64,000 nucleotides of DNA from NCBI RefSeq assembly GCF_050320075.1, contig NZ_CP190021.1; one strand, written 5' to 3'. Both the position numbers and the translations under genes were made by a program. Below, one piece after another: positions 37,971 to 48,427 of this stretch. Each line of letters opens with the position of its first letter. Within the stretch, counting starts at the first letter, position 1. Origin of the DNA: Escherichia coli. GTDB taxonomy: Bacteria; Pseudomonadota; Gammaproteobacteria; Enterobacterales; Enterobacteriaceae. The notes under the pieces were generated by a model, which was not told the DNA's origin, searched no databases, and saw only the letters and a list, made by a program, of their open reading frames with translations.

Positions 37971-40262
37971 TCAGTACATTCCGTCCCAGTCCGGACGGTT
38001 GGTTTTTTTATGATGAAACCCGTTTACAGGACGCCCTGTCGGGTGGTTATTGTCCTGTGGAAGCGTTAACAGGTTTATACCTGCTCTTTCTGCTCTCACT
38101 GATATCTGATTTTCCTCTTTTGTTTCAGGTAGTTCTGGTCTGTTCAGCGTGATATAGCGAATTCGTCGCTCTTCCCGTGTGGTCGTTTTAAGCGTATTCA
38201 CCGCTGTTTCCCACAAGGCACTTTCACGTGCGTTGATATCTGTGTCGTACTCTTCCAGCATTGCCATAGCCGCCTGACGTCCTGCAATGCGTTGCTGAAA
38301 TGTATCCACGATCGTGTGCGGCTCTGTGCGAATTTTTCGTCTTTTTCTGGAGGGTTTTGCAGTCAGGACGCCAATGATGGCACTGACATTTTCCGGTGAC
38401 GGTATTCGACGTTGAGTAGTACGGGGAACAAGACGGCGGAGACGGTCCAGGCGTGGCGCATCCACGCTGATATACCTGTTTATAACAACGGGATCGCTGC
38501 TGCAGCTTTTCTCATCGTCAGGGATGAAGAATGATGCTGATGGTACGGTTTCTCCCCGGAAAATAGAAAAGAACTCGCCAGGATGAAGTTCAATCAACTC
38601 CTGAACATTTATCTTGCTTTCCATCAGGATGCTGATTTGTGGGCTGTCAATCCATGATTCACCAAATATGCCGTCCTGACGCTGCAGGTTGTTCATTCTC
38701 GCCCTGGCTTCTTCACCGGCGGCGCTTTTCAGCGTTCTGGCCGTACTACCCTCGCTGACAATCCTGCCGGCAAATTTTGTCCCCGTGTTCTGCATCAGTG
38801 TTGCAGTATTCGTGGCTGTTGTCTGTCCTTCTATACGTTCCTGGTCCTGTGCCATCAAAATCAGAGCAAAATCCAGTGAACGCACCTGAGTGGCTTCCAC
38901 AGCAATACGGTCCGTATAGTATGCCCCTACTTCATCAAGGAAACACAGATAAGGGAAACGCCCCTTATATTTTTTGACTTCCAGTGCATCGGAATCAGTT
39001 CCTTCGAGGCGGTAGCCCAAATCACGGGCGAGAATCATACTTTTCTGGGTGATAAACATTCGTCCAAGAGCAGACGTTGTATGCGCTGATGTATCCAGAG
39101 CGGGGATCATTACCATCAGAATCCTGTCGCTGTGAATGCTGTCACGGATATCGATATCACCGGAATCTTCAGCAAAAATATCCCCGAATGCTTCCGTGAA
39201 TGTGCTGAAAGTTTCAGAAAACTGCCCGGAGAGATAAGCATGTTGTTTTCTGGGTTCTTCCGTCCAGGCTGATGGTGTCCTGACCAGCGACAGGTCGAAA
39301 CCGGGAACGTCCTGAAGGTAGTTACGTAACGGTGCGATAGCTTCTTCCGGCCACTGATCATCGAGGCCACGACAGTAAAGTTTGGCCATCCCTTCGAGAG
39401 TCATATGTTCACGGAGCATCTGCAGCGACATTGTTTTGCCTTCGCGCACACACCAGAATTTAGTACCAAATACCAGTGCCTTATTCATGGCAATGGCCCG
39501 GGACTGCCACTCGCCCCCCTGGACGTTCTGGGGCAGCATTGACTGCATTGTCTCCGCTGTGAATGCCTCGGTGCTGTAACAGAAGGGATTCCAGGTATTT
39601 GACTGAGGACGCGTTTTTTCACCACTCAGAATGATTTCACTGCGGGATTTTCCTCCGTTCATGAAGTTAATGACTTCCACATCGTCTTCACGTCCAAAGC
39701 GTCTGGCCAGATACCAGATCGTTCTTGCCGTATCATTCTGTGCCTTGCCATCGACAAGGGTGAATCCTCTTGCCCAGCAAAGTGGGTTAATCGCCCAGGC
39801 AAAGATGGTTTCCGTTTTACCGCCACCGGTGGTGGCGAAAAACATTATATGGCGGGTCAGATCGTCCATACTCAGCCATAACTCCCTGCCAATATCCCTG
39901 ACGCGTTGATAACCAACATAGAATATGCCGCTGGCCGGTGATTCCAGAATGACCTCATACTGGAACAGGGTTGGCCAGAAGCTGAAAAGACTTCTTTTAA
40001 TCATTCTGTCCTGTGACGGGTCAGCACATTCCAGCGTCATGGGCATACGAAGAGGGCAGCGCCATCGCTGCAGACTAAATACCAGCATTGTTATCAGTGT
40101 GAACAACAGACATGCCGGTAATGCAAGTGGCCAGATAAAACTGGCCACAAGACTTGCCACCAGGCAAAAGCCATAGATATTGAGACTCTGGAGTGCATTC
40201 CAGACAGGATTTCCCCAGGCTGTACGATGTAAAAGCTCGGGGTTAACGCGATGTTCACTCAT
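37971..40262 (-). CDS. trbC: TrbC, DotL-like type IV coupling protein ATPase
   Basis: 763-aa ORF with N-terminal TM segments and Walker A GGGKTET. Confidence 0.85.
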   Translation of the reverse strand: MSEHRVNPELLHRTAWGNPVWNALQSLNIYGFCLVASLVASFIWPLALPACLLFTLITMLVFSLQRWRCPLRMPMTLECADPSQDRMIKRSLFSFWPTLFQYEVILESPASGIFYVGYQRVRDIGRELWLSMDDLTRHIMFFATTGGGKTETIFAWAINPLCWARGFTLVDGKAQNDTARTIWYLARRFGREDDVEVINFMNGGKSRSEIILSGEKTRPQSNTWNPFCYSTEAFTAETMQSMLPQNVQGGEWQSRAIAMNKALVFGTKFWCVREGKTMSLQMLREHMTLEGMAKLYCRGLDDQWPEEAIAPLRNYLQDVPGFDLSLVRTPSAWTEEPRKQHAYLSGQFSETFSTFTEAFGDIFAEDSGDIDIRDSIHSDRILMVMIPALDTSAHTTSALGRMFITQKSMILARDLGYRLEGTDSDALEVKKYKGRFPYLCFLDEVGAYYTDRIAVEATQVRSLDFALILMAQDQERIEGQTTATNTATLMQNTGTKFAGRIVSEGSTARTLKSAAGEEARARMNNLQRQDGIFGESWIDSPQISILMESKINVQELIELHPGEFFSIFRGETVPSASFFIPDDEKSCSSDPVVINRYISVDAPRLDRLRRLVPRTTQRRIPSPENVSAIIGVLTAKPSRKRRKIRTEPHTIVDTFQQRIAGRQAAMAMLEEYDTDINARESALWETAVNTLKTTTREERRIRYITLNRPELPETKEENQISVRAERAGINLLTLPQDNNHPTGRPVNGFHHKKTNRPDWDGMY

Positions 40263-41325
40263 GGCCAGACTCGCTGTCGGTGGTTTTCAGGAATAAATTA
40301 AGCGTGCCAGTTTCCTGCAGAATTCCTGTAGGCAGATGCCAGCCGGTGTCGGACAGCACCCATGGGGTACCGGCAAATCCGAACTTACGGAAGGCGACAT
40401 TGTTAACATCAATCGCAGCTCTGGCTGCTTTCAGGCATGTTTCATCTGCAGGCGTTGTTTCTTCTGATGGCGTCATCATTCCGTTATCTGCGGAATACAG
40501 TCGGTGCCAGCCGGCAGCACGTTTCTGAGCATCTTTTTCACACAGCAGTGGTGCCACACGGTCGGTGGATTCCTCTCCACCAATAACTGAAACCGGGTAG
40601 ATAACGACATTGAAGTCGCTGGCCAGGCGTTTTAAGGCCGGCTCCAGAAGTCTGCAGTTAGGACAGGCAGGATCGAGAAATGCGAACAGGGTTCGTTCAT
40701 GACCGGATGACAGGTTGATGGTAAACATGCCCCGATCGGCGTTCCGCTTCAGAACAGTAGCCAGATTATGTCGCGCAGCTGCGGCTTCCGGATTTTTGCT
40801 TGTGATTGTTTTCTCCGGTACCTGGACGTCTTTTTTCGGGGGAACCGGGAGTTGAATGCCTTCATTTAATGGCACAGTGTGATTCAGGTGAGGGGGAAGC
40901 AGTCGTGGCTCACCTGCTGTCTGTACTGCTTCAGGCGTTGTATCATCCCAGAATACACGATCAACATAGCGGAACAGAGAGAAGCCAATCGTTGCCATTA
41001 CGAACAGCACAACGCTGGCGATTATGCCACGGAACAAAGGTGTTCTGCTGAAGCGGCGTTCCATCAGATATTCAAGGCGCAGGCAGGAATCAATAGCTGT
41101 AAGTATCTGGTCAGCGTTATGCTCCTGTTTATCAATCAGGACGGTTTCTCTGTTACGGGTGCCCATGGCGTCAAAGGCTATATGAATCAGTTGATTATTT
41201 CGTGTTACCAGCCCTGACAGGGCATCCCGTGGAAGGACGGCAATAATTTCTGTCCTGCCATCCGGCCAGATTGCCTGCACGGAAATATGTTTTGCAATAC
41301 GTGTTGCAAAGTACTCGATTGTCAT
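40255..41325 (-). CDS. trbB: TrbB, thioredoxin-fold disulfide isomerase-like transfer protein
   Basis: 356-aa ORF with CPNC motif. Confidence 0.85.
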   Translation of the reverse strand: MTIEYFATRIAKHISVQAIWPDGRTEIIAVLPRDALSGLVTRNNQLIHIAFDAMGTRNRETVLIDKQEHNADQILTAIDSCLRLEYLMERRFSRTPLFRGIIASVVLFVMATIGFSLFRYVDRVFWDDTTPEAVQTAGEPRLLPPHLNHTVPLNEGIQLPVPPKKDVQVPEKTITSKNPEAAAARHNLATVLKRNADRGMFTINLSSGHERTLFAFLDPACPNCRLLEPALKRLASDFNVVIYPVSVIGGEESTDRVAPLLCEKDAQKRAAGWHRLYSADNGMMTPSEETTPADETCLKAARAAIDVNNVAFRKFGFAGTPWVLSDTGWHLPTGILQETGTLNLFLKTTDSESGHE

Positions 41326-41343
41326 TTTCAGTTCTCCGGATAA

Positions 41344-42552
41344 TCAGAATTCGTTGTCTGTAGCAGGTGTGCGGGGCAGGATGTCGTCGGTGAGGGACCA
41401 GTTGGTCAGGATGCGGCGTTTCCGGTCGCGATCTGGTTGTGGTTCATCCCAGATAAGACCGAGACTGAGCATATCCCGCCGTAAGCCTTCCACCGCTTCA
41501 TCAACACAGGGTTCAGGGCAGGGAAGGCCAAAACGCATGGCTTCGGCCTCTGCACGTGCAACGGCCACCACGCCAGCGCCTTCAATAAATCCTTTCGTGG
41601 TATTGGCGCGGTGTAATGCATAAAACAGCGTCCTGTCCACGCCTTTCAGCCAAATCCAGTTGGGTGGCGTAAGCCGCAGGTCATGTGCATACAGCCAGAC
41701 CAGCCCACTGCGGACGTAGCGATGTTGTTTCAGCCATTGCTGTGCTCCGTTGCTTTTAATCACTCTCTGGAAAGCTGATTTGGCCAGTGAATAAACAGGG
41801 GTACAGAATTTCCCACTGTCCCGTTTGCTTTTAATTCTGCATGAGAGGTTCAGTGTATCCATGAGCTTTAATGCTGCCTTACGATCATCCAGGAAATACT
41901 GAAGACCAAATATGGCAAAGAGCGCTTTTTCATGTGGTGCCATGTCTTTCCAGGACGTTAAAGGTTTACCCAACTGGGCCATGAAACATCGTCTTGCAGC
42001 TGCAACATCGAGCTGCATATTGGTGATGAGAGTATGCTGCTCGACAAATGCTTCCGGGGTGAGAGCAACCCGCCGTTCAGGTCGTTTGCCACCATGAAAG
42101 AGTTTTTCCGGATCACCATCTGCCAGTACAGGGGCGATAGCAGGGGACAACGAAGCAAAGATGTATGGCAGGCGGGTAATATCTACTGGTCTGCGGGTGA
42201 AACGACTTTGTCCCGGATGTTGATACCACTCCCACAAACACCAGAGTGTCACAGGTAAGAGGTACATCCACAGAATACCTATGGTCTGCTCCATGACGTT
42301 AACCCACTGGCTATAGCTTATGTTGGCGGCGTTGTTACCGGTCATGGCAAGCAGGTTGTATCGTGGTGCTGCATAGTTATGAAATGGTCCCCAGTCAACC
42401 AGTCCCCATAAGGTATGAAGAATCAGGCAGCTGGCGTAAACCACTTCCGGCAAGAATAACCATATAACGAATAGCAGCAGGATAAGAAGGACACCAACAG
42501 CGCCCCATATCTGCATAGGATCTTCTGCGACAGGCTGTCGATTGTAAGACAT
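41344..42552 (-). CDS. trbA: TrbA, inner-membrane transfer protein (DotM-like)
   Basis: 402-aa ORF with hydrophobic N-terminus; position in trbABC. Confidence 0.85.
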   Translation of the reverse strand: MSYNRQPVAEDPMQIWGAVGVLLILLLFVIWLFLPEVVYASCLILHTLWGLVDWGPFHNYAAPRYNLLAMTGNNAANISYSQWVNVMEQTIGILWMYLLPVTLWCLWEWYQHPGQSRFTRRPVDITRLPYIFASLSPAIAPVLADGDPEKLFHGGKRPERRVALTPEAFVEQHTLITNMQLDVAAARRCFMAQLGKPLTSWKDMAPHEKALFAIFGLQYFLDDRKAALKLMDTLNLSCRIKSKRDSGKFCTPVYSLAKSAFQRVIKSNGAQQWLKQHRYVRSGLVWLYAHDLRLTPPNWIWLKGVDRTLFYALHRANTTKGFIEGAGVVAVARAEAEAMRFGLPCPEPCVDEAVEGLRRDMLSLGLIWDEPQPDRDRKRRILTNWSLTDDILPRTPATDNEF

Positions 42553-42785
42553 GACAAAGTCTCCATTTCTGGAATTTAAATCAAACGGAAAGGTTAAAAA
42601 TTTATTTGCAGGCGATAAGAGCTAACCAGAGGAATTAGCCGTGTGATAAAAGGATTGTTGCAGATACGAAAGTCGTTAGAATAGCTGCGGGCGCTTGAGG
42701 CTGTATGCCGAAAGCGTTTTGTGGACGGTATACAGCAGAAAGCCCCTGGAGATTTTTTTATCAATCAACCAAGGGCTCTACTGTA

Positions 42786-42989
42786 ATGCCTAGACAACAT
42801 TATAGTAGCCCGATAACCGCCGTAAGGCAATGGAGGGGCTATGATGCCACAGCGAACGTTTTTAATGATGTTAATCGTCATCTGTGTGACGATTCTGTGT
42901 TTTGTCTGGATGGTGAGGGATTCGCTTTGCGGACTCCGGCTCCAGCAGGGAAACACAGTGCTTGTGGCAACGTTAGCCTACGAAGTTAA
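42786..42989 (+). CDS. pndC: Possible PndC (mok-like overlapping reading frame); start uncertain
   Basis: Frame overlapping pndA in the track ORF 42705-42989, as in hok/mok systems. Confidence 0.35.
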   Translation: MPRQHYSSPITAVRQWRGYDATANVFNDVNRHLCDDSVFCLDGEGFALRTPAPAGKHSACGNVSLRS

Positions 42990-42996
42990 ACGTTAA
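42841..42996 (+). CDS. pndA: PndA, Hok-family membrane toxin (type I toxin-antitoxin)
   Basis: 51-aa ORF MMPQRTFLMMLIVICVTILCFVWMVRDSLCGLRLQQGNTVLVATLAYEVKR, read by hand (below track cutoff). Confidence 0.85.
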   Translation: MMPQRTFLMMLIVICVTILCFVWMVRDSLCGLRLQQGNTVLVATLAYEVKR

Positions 42997-43472
42997 CGGG
43001 CAACACGGCGGCAGGTTTTCTGCCGCCGCTTTGTTGCGAAGGCTGACCTCATTGCGCCCTTTCTTCTTCAATGAAGCGTATCCGGTATTGTTTCATTTCC
43101 CCTGAAGCCGATTAGCTCCAGCCGAATGCCTTTGCCATCCGGGGCCACGTTCTGCATTTCGCAGATACCACGTCGGGTCATGAGTGTGAAGGCTGTCATT
43201 GCCAGCATGGCTAACGCATTTTCCTCGCTTCCGCTGCGTTTCTCGAGAGCATCGGCAATTTATTCTATGCTCCCCACCTGAAAGCAAGAGTCGAATTCTT
43301 TACTCCACTTTTCTGACATCGGATTTTCTCTCTGTATTTATGGGTAGTTATCGAACTGAATGTGCCAGTTTTTTCAGGAGACGGCAAAGTTGAGATGGTT
43401 GGTTCTGATTCAAAGCATGAGTTTCCCCGGTGTGACGGGCATGTCGGGCGGATTTTGAGAAACAACAGATGT

Positions 43473-43503
43473 AAAAAAACCGACTGGTGAGGTCGGTTTT
43501 TTT
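43473..43503. terminator. Bidirectional rho-independent terminator candidate (A7-ACCGAC-loop-GTCGGT-T7)
   Basis: Read from sequence. Confidence 0.55.
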
Positions 43504-43526
43504 ACTGTTCCGTTACAGAGTGGGTG

Positions 43527-43747
43527 GCTCTGGTCGGAAAAGAACTGTCTATAACTGACCTGTAGATAGTACGTCTGGAATTATATTTCTGCAAGTACTG
43601 GATAAGTGTATACTCGGCATGTCAGCTCTGAGGCATGTTCTGTCCGGCATATTGTTCAGCGGGAAGAACAGGTTACAAGTCCTGGCCAAAACATCAGGTG
43701 GTGCTGGTTTTGGTGCTCTGGTCGGAGAAGAACTGTCTATAACTGAC
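43527..43747. repeat. Pair of 33-bp direct repeats (43527-43559 and 43715-43747, 32/33 identical)
   Basis: GCTCTGGTCGGARAAGAACTGTCTATAACTGAC read from sequence. Confidence 0.85.
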
Positions 43748-43979
43748 ACTATAGAAACCGTTGTGACAGGCAGTGTAAGAGCGAACAACGGGGTTCTTTC
43801 TCCAGTGATGGAGAAGCGGATGATTAATCTGTTAATCATCGTTCTCAGGGCAGTAGTTGCCGTTGCAAACGCGCTGATTGCTGTTCTGGAACTGATCCGG
43901 GAACTTATCGACTGATAAGCCTGGAAACGTAACTAAGGGCAGGGAGTTACCGCTTCCTGCCCTTTAACAAAAAGAGATC

Positions 43980-44156
43980 TCACGTTAAAAATTTGTACCC
44001 TTCTTTAACTTCCAGTGCCTGCTCCTTTGACTCAAACATCAGTCTTGTTTTCCCGGGAACGCCCCATGAAATGTATTCAACATCTATCCACCATTTTCCA
44101 TATTCTTTATATGGCCCGGATATTACTTTTTTGACAAAGGCATCTACCAGATTCAT
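43980..44156 (-). CDS. Hypothetical small protein in the AT-rich block upstream of excA
   Basis: 58-aa product from an internal ATG with AAAGGA RBS inside track ORF 43980-44264. Confidence 0.3.
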   Translation of the reverse strand: MNLVDAFVKKVISGPYKEYGKWWIDVEYISWGVPGKTRLMFESKEQALEVKEGYKFLT

Positions 44157-44541
44157 TGTTTTTTCCTTTTTGTGTTGAAAATAATTAATGCCAGAGCACA
44201 GCGAAAATAATGAATGCGCTGGCTGTGATAATTGCGATTTTCTCCCATATGATATTTTTCTCATGGGGGTTTCTACGGAGATTATTTCTTCGCATTGAGA
44301 TACCGGTATTCATGTTTTATCTTGGACTTTTGTTTTGTTGTCTGTCTGGCAGGCTGTTCTGCGCCCGTTTGTGACAAGGTTAGCTTATGGGGTTAAATGG
44401 TCACGGACATCATGCGGACGGTTCCCTGTCACATGCCATCTGGTTTTTTCATTCAAATTGAGAGATATTGCTAAGTTGAGTCGCTTGCGATAGTGGACTC
44501 CTGTTTGTAAGTGAGTGCCATTGTTTATTTCATGAAGAGGA

Positions 44542-44757
44542 TTGATTATGAGCATGCCTCCTGCGATAGCTAATACTTTCTTGTTTGAAATGATGAAGAG
44601 TAAATCAAAAGACGTTACACTTGCTGCGATCTATGCATTAGGTGAAGGCCGGTGTCAGGCGGAGAACATTACTCGTGAATTACATAGATTGAGTCAAAGT
44701 GATGATATGGAAATAAAAATTGCTGCGATTAAAGCACTTGGTCGAATTTATCGGTAA
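44542..44757 (+). CDS. Hypothetical small protein
   Basis: 71-aa ORF in AT-rich region; weak RBS. Confidence 0.3.
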   Translation: MIMSMPPAIANTFLFEMMKSKSKDVTLAAIYALGEGRCQAENITRELHRLSQSDDMEIKIAAIKALGRIYR

Positions 44758-44828
44758 CGGCATAAGTTATCTGTTGTAATGAACAAAAGCCGGCTCATTT
44801 GAACCGGCTGTTATGGAGGGAGCTTATC

Positions 44829-45491
44829 TTAAAATACTTCGGCTACAGGCATGCCTGCAATCTGCTCCCACTCCTTACGCTTCTCCTGAATCAGGCGAGG
44901 AAAGTCGACAGGGTAATCATATCCTCGACTTGCCATAGCGTGCATGGTGTTTGATGCGGTTTCTGGATGAGTACACCATGATGGAATAGGAACCATTGGC
45001 AGGTTGATGTATTTCGTATGAATTTCCAGTGTTTTGTCGTCTGTTACAGTACGAGTGAAATTATGAATGTCAAAACCGATAACATCCATAATGTTGCCTG
45101 GATAGATACGGACATACAACATTGTGCCATTTTTAAGGTCAATACCGAAATAAGCTCCCTGAGTTAAAGATAATCCTTCATACCCCTTCTCTGGAGAGTA
45201 GAAGCCTGACTCTTTTATTGTTTGTACAACTTTTCTTATCTTTTCTCTCCTTGTTTTTGCACGTGAATACATCCATATACCTGGCGCAAGTAATAAGAAC
45301 CAACTACCAAAAGTGACAACATAATCTTCAATGTTGTCACCATAATAACGAGAACTAAATAACATCAGTGTAGATGTCAGTGCGCAAAATAAAAAGAAAG
45401 GTATTCCTAAAAAGAAGTAAGCCTTCCTTAATACATAATATAACAACCACCAAGTTGGAAATCTGTCAGGTGTCTCTTTTTTATCTTTCAT
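44829..45491 (-). CDS. excA: Entry-exclusion protein ExcA
   Basis: 220-aa ORF with N-terminal TM helices, directly downstream of traY. Confidence 0.85.
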   Translation of the reverse strand: MKDKKETPDRFPTWWLLYYVLRKAYFFLGIPFFLFCALTSTLMLFSSRYYGDNIEDYVVTFGSWFLLLAPGIWMYSRAKTRREKIRKVVQTIKESGFYSPEKGYEGLSLTQGAYFGIDLKNGTMLYVRIYPGNIMDVIGFDIHNFTRTVTDDKTLEIHTKYINLPMVPIPSWCTHPETASNTMHAMASRGYDYPVDFPRLIQEKRKEWEQIAGMPVAEVF

Positions 45492-45555
45492 ACAATGCCT
45501 CCCCTCGTACTATCTATTATTTTAATGCCGATGGGGAGGTTGTGCAATATTTATA

Positions 45556-47787
45556 TTATCCTTTTATTCCGTCCTTGTCGTCACTTCCTTTATCTTTAAG
45601 ACGATCTGTTTTCATTCCAGGAGTATGTCGGATATTGCGACTTCCTCCAATAAATATTTCTTTAACAGAATTTGCCATGCTGCCAAGAGTGTTGGCTCCC
45701 TCACGCCCACCAAGGAAATTAATAACATGATCAGGTAGGTAGGCCTGAAGGGCAAATATGGCAGCTACAGAGGTTGTACAAATTCTGGCGTATATCAGCA
45801 AGAAACCAGCAAGACTGAAAATACCGGTCAGCGAATTGAACTGTACGTTAACCAGGGCAGCGCCAAATAATGCATTCAGTATTGTGCCTACGGCGATGAT
45901 GGCAACAGAAGCAAAGAAAAAACCAAAGACCATGATGGGCGGCCTTATCATACTATCAATTAAGTATATATAACCGTAGGCTGCCCGACTTCCTCTATCT
46001 TCTGATGTTCCGAGATGTGTTGCAGCCCACAGAGGTCCGGCGGTACATCCTATTAATACACTGACTATCCAGTTCCCAATGCCTGTCATCCAGAAAATGA
46101 ATGGTATAAATGGTAGGTAAATTGATAAGGAAAAACCCGCACAAAACAACAGGAACAACAAGAAATATATTGGGGGAGCTGCAGCATCCAGCAGAGCAAC
46201 TAATCCTTTAGGTAATCCAGAGAATAAATTGGCAACCTTTCCGAAAATAGAGTTATCACCTACTGTCGCGAGAACTCTAACTGTTGTATATCCACTCCAG
46301 AGAATCTCTGTTGTTCCTAATGTATAATCACCAATATTTTTCATCTTTATCAATGGATTGACCTGATCGCTTGTTGTTCCTGTGCCACTTATCTCTGTTG
46401 CTATCCAGTTGGTTCGATAGACAAAGAAGCTCATCATTTCAGATAAGGCAGACTTAGGATCTTGCGCATTGGCCATTCGTTGCTCATTGGCTGATGTAAC
46501 AGTGCCCAGAGGTGGTGTATAGGTGGTGTTCTGTAATTGAGTCTTGTAGGCACTCATGACTGCACTGAATAAGTCAGTATCACCAACTTCTCCCAGTGAT
46601 GACATTGAAGTTACAGCTGGAGCTCTGTCAGCCAGCTCGGCCAGACGCTGGTTAGCAGTGGCAAAGGTCTGATACCATGCGCCAAGCGTTACCCACCCGT
46701 AGGTTGTGAGATAAGATTTAAGAGCCTCTTTTCTGGATTGCTCTCCGTTATCAGTGGGTAGCGATTTTTGTACAGCACGTTCATACTCGTCGGCTGCTCT
46801 CTGAATCCGTGTCTCGATATCCGGCAATGTTCCGTTGCCAGAATTTCTTTTTTCCAGAAATGTTGTCACAAACTCACTGGCAGCGTTGTCCATGTCGCTA
46901 ATCATATTATCCATGGCTGCACGTTGTGCTGAGATAACACCGCTGTATTCGTTTTTACTGAAGGGATTAAAGAATTTTCCAATCGTCGATTGATCTGTTG
47001 TTCCGTTTCCTTCTACTGACAGGCTGGCTGAACCACAGATACCGCTGCCATTGGATACCGTGACAGTGTAATTACCACTGGCGGTTTTAGCTGATTCTGT
47101 CATCAGTGAAGTCGAGGATTTGGCCGTCTGATTAAAATCATTTAGTCCTGCGTTAACCGCATACTTACACAGTTCCATTTCAAAAATGCCACGCGCTGCT
47201 GTTTGTGTGGATGCCTGAACTGGCTGTACAGTCATTGAATAACCATTTGCGATATTATCAGCGGCAAGTTGCACCATCACATTGGCGGACCCAACCCCCA
47301 TTATCGATGCGCCCCATAACATAATGAGCTGAGCGATACTCCAGCCATTTCCGGTTGGAACGATCATCAGAAAACCTGCAACGACACTCAGTGTGCCGAC
47401 GATATCGCGTCCGGTGCTGAATACCTGTCCCTGATGCCCCGAACGCACAACATGACGGATACCAATGAACATAAACCAGACAACGGCAAGTACGGCGATG
47501 ATACTGTTGAACGCCCCGAACATGCTTCCGATCAGAGTGGGGGCGCTGGTTGACAGTGGATTGGTGACTACATCACCGAATATCGTGACCAGCGCCTGGC
47601 GAGACAGATCGTCAGGATTGGTTGCGGCAGACACAATATCCTGATAGGTCACTGAAGCCATTGCCGGCAGTGAGGATATAGCAAGGCCTGCACAGAGTGC
47701 GCGAAGTAAAATTTTCACAGTAACTCCGGAATAGAATTGCGTATGGGCAAAGGCCACACAGGATTTAATTAAGGGGGATGGCGACAT
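45556..47787 (-). CDS. traY: TraY, polytopic inner-membrane transfer protein
   Basis: 743-aa multi-TM ORF; gene order. Confidence 0.85.
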   Translation of the reverse strand: MSPSPLIKSCVAFAHTQFYSGVTVKILLRALCAGLAISSLPAMASVTYQDIVSAATNPDDLSRQALVTIFGDVVTNPLSTSAPTLIGSMFGAFNSIIAVLAVVWFMFIGIRHVVRSGHQGQVFSTGRDIVGTLSVVAGFLMIVPTGNGWSIAQLIMLWGASIMGVGSANVMVQLAADNIANGYSMTVQPVQASTQTAARGIFEMELCKYAVNAGLNDFNQTAKSSTSLMTESAKTASGNYTVTVSNGSGICGSASLSVEGNGTTDQSTIGKFFNPFSKNEYSGVISAQRAAMDNMISDMDNAASEFVTTFLEKRNSGNGTLPDIETRIQRAADEYERAVQKSLPTDNGEQSRKEALKSYLTTYGWVTLGAWYQTFATANQRLAELADRAPAVTSMSSLGEVGDTDLFSAVMSAYKTQLQNTTYTPPLGTVTSANEQRMANAQDPKSALSEMMSFFVYRTNWIATEISGTGTTSDQVNPLIKMKNIGDYTLGTTEILWSGYTTVRVLATVGDNSIFGKVANLFSGLPKGLVALLDAAAPPIYFLLFLLFCAGFSLSIYLPFIPFIFWMTGIGNWIVSVLIGCTAGPLWAATHLGTSEDRGSRAAYGYIYLIDSMIRPPIMVFGFFFASVAIIAVGTILNALFGAALVNVQFNSLTGIFSLAGFLLIYARICTTSVAAIFALQAYLPDHVINFLGGREGANTLGSMANSVKEIFIGGSRNIRHTPGMKTDRLKDKGSDDKDGIKG

Positions 47788-47814
47788 GCCAGTGGTACTG
47801 GCATCTGGACGTGA

Positions 47815-48399
47815 TCAGTATTGTTTACTGGTTACGGCAATTAACGTGGCATTGCGCCAGCCATTGCGGTCGTTCAGAAAATCACGGAAAGTCCCCTGCT
47901 CGGGTTCGCTGACTTTTCGTTCATGCAACTGCCAGAGGCGGTATGTAACAATCAGTGCTCTGGAAGCACAAAGAGCGACGCCTGACAGTATCAGCACAAG
48001 AGTGCTGATGGCGCGTACCAGAGTCGTAAGAGGTAATGAAGAGGCGGCAAAGAGCATACCACTGAGAAACAAAGCGATGGCCAGCAGACTCCAGCAACAG
48101 AATCGCCATACTGTTCTGCGCCGGCGGAAACGACGATCCAGATCGTCTACTGACATATGGCTGGCCTGCAGAGCTTCTTCCCACGTGAGGTGGAGTTGCG
48201 CCTTTTTATTATTTACCTGACGAAATCTGTCCAGTCTGCGTTTTTGTTGTTCCAGCATATGCTGTACAGAATTCGTTATCAGGCGAGTCTCCATCAGAGG
48301 AACAAAAATGTTAATAATCCCCCGGGTGGCTATGCGGGTTATGGATGGTGATTTTTTGACGTTTTTCGTCTGGTCTGAATTTTCCGGTAACTTATTCAT
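47815..48399 (-). CDS. traX: TraX transfer protein
   Basis: 194-aa ORF; gene order. Confidence 0.75.
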   Translation of the reverse strand: MNKLPENSDQTKNVKKSPSITRIATRGIINIFVPLMETRLITNSVQHMLEQQKRRLDRFRQVNNKKAQLHLTWEEALQASHMSVDDLDRRFRRRRTVWRFCCWSLLAIALFLSGMLFAASSLPLTTLVRAISTLVLILSGVALCASRALIVTYRLWQLHERKVSEPEQGTFRDFLNDRNGWRNATLIAVTSKQY

Positions 48400-48427
48400 T
48401 TTTTCAGTCCTGTTCTGACGTCAGCTT

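Noticed and set aside
43093-43393. 64-aa ORFs on both strands between pndA and the terminator
   Set aside because: No RBS, overlapping each other, no recognisable family; likely non-coding leader/trailer sequence
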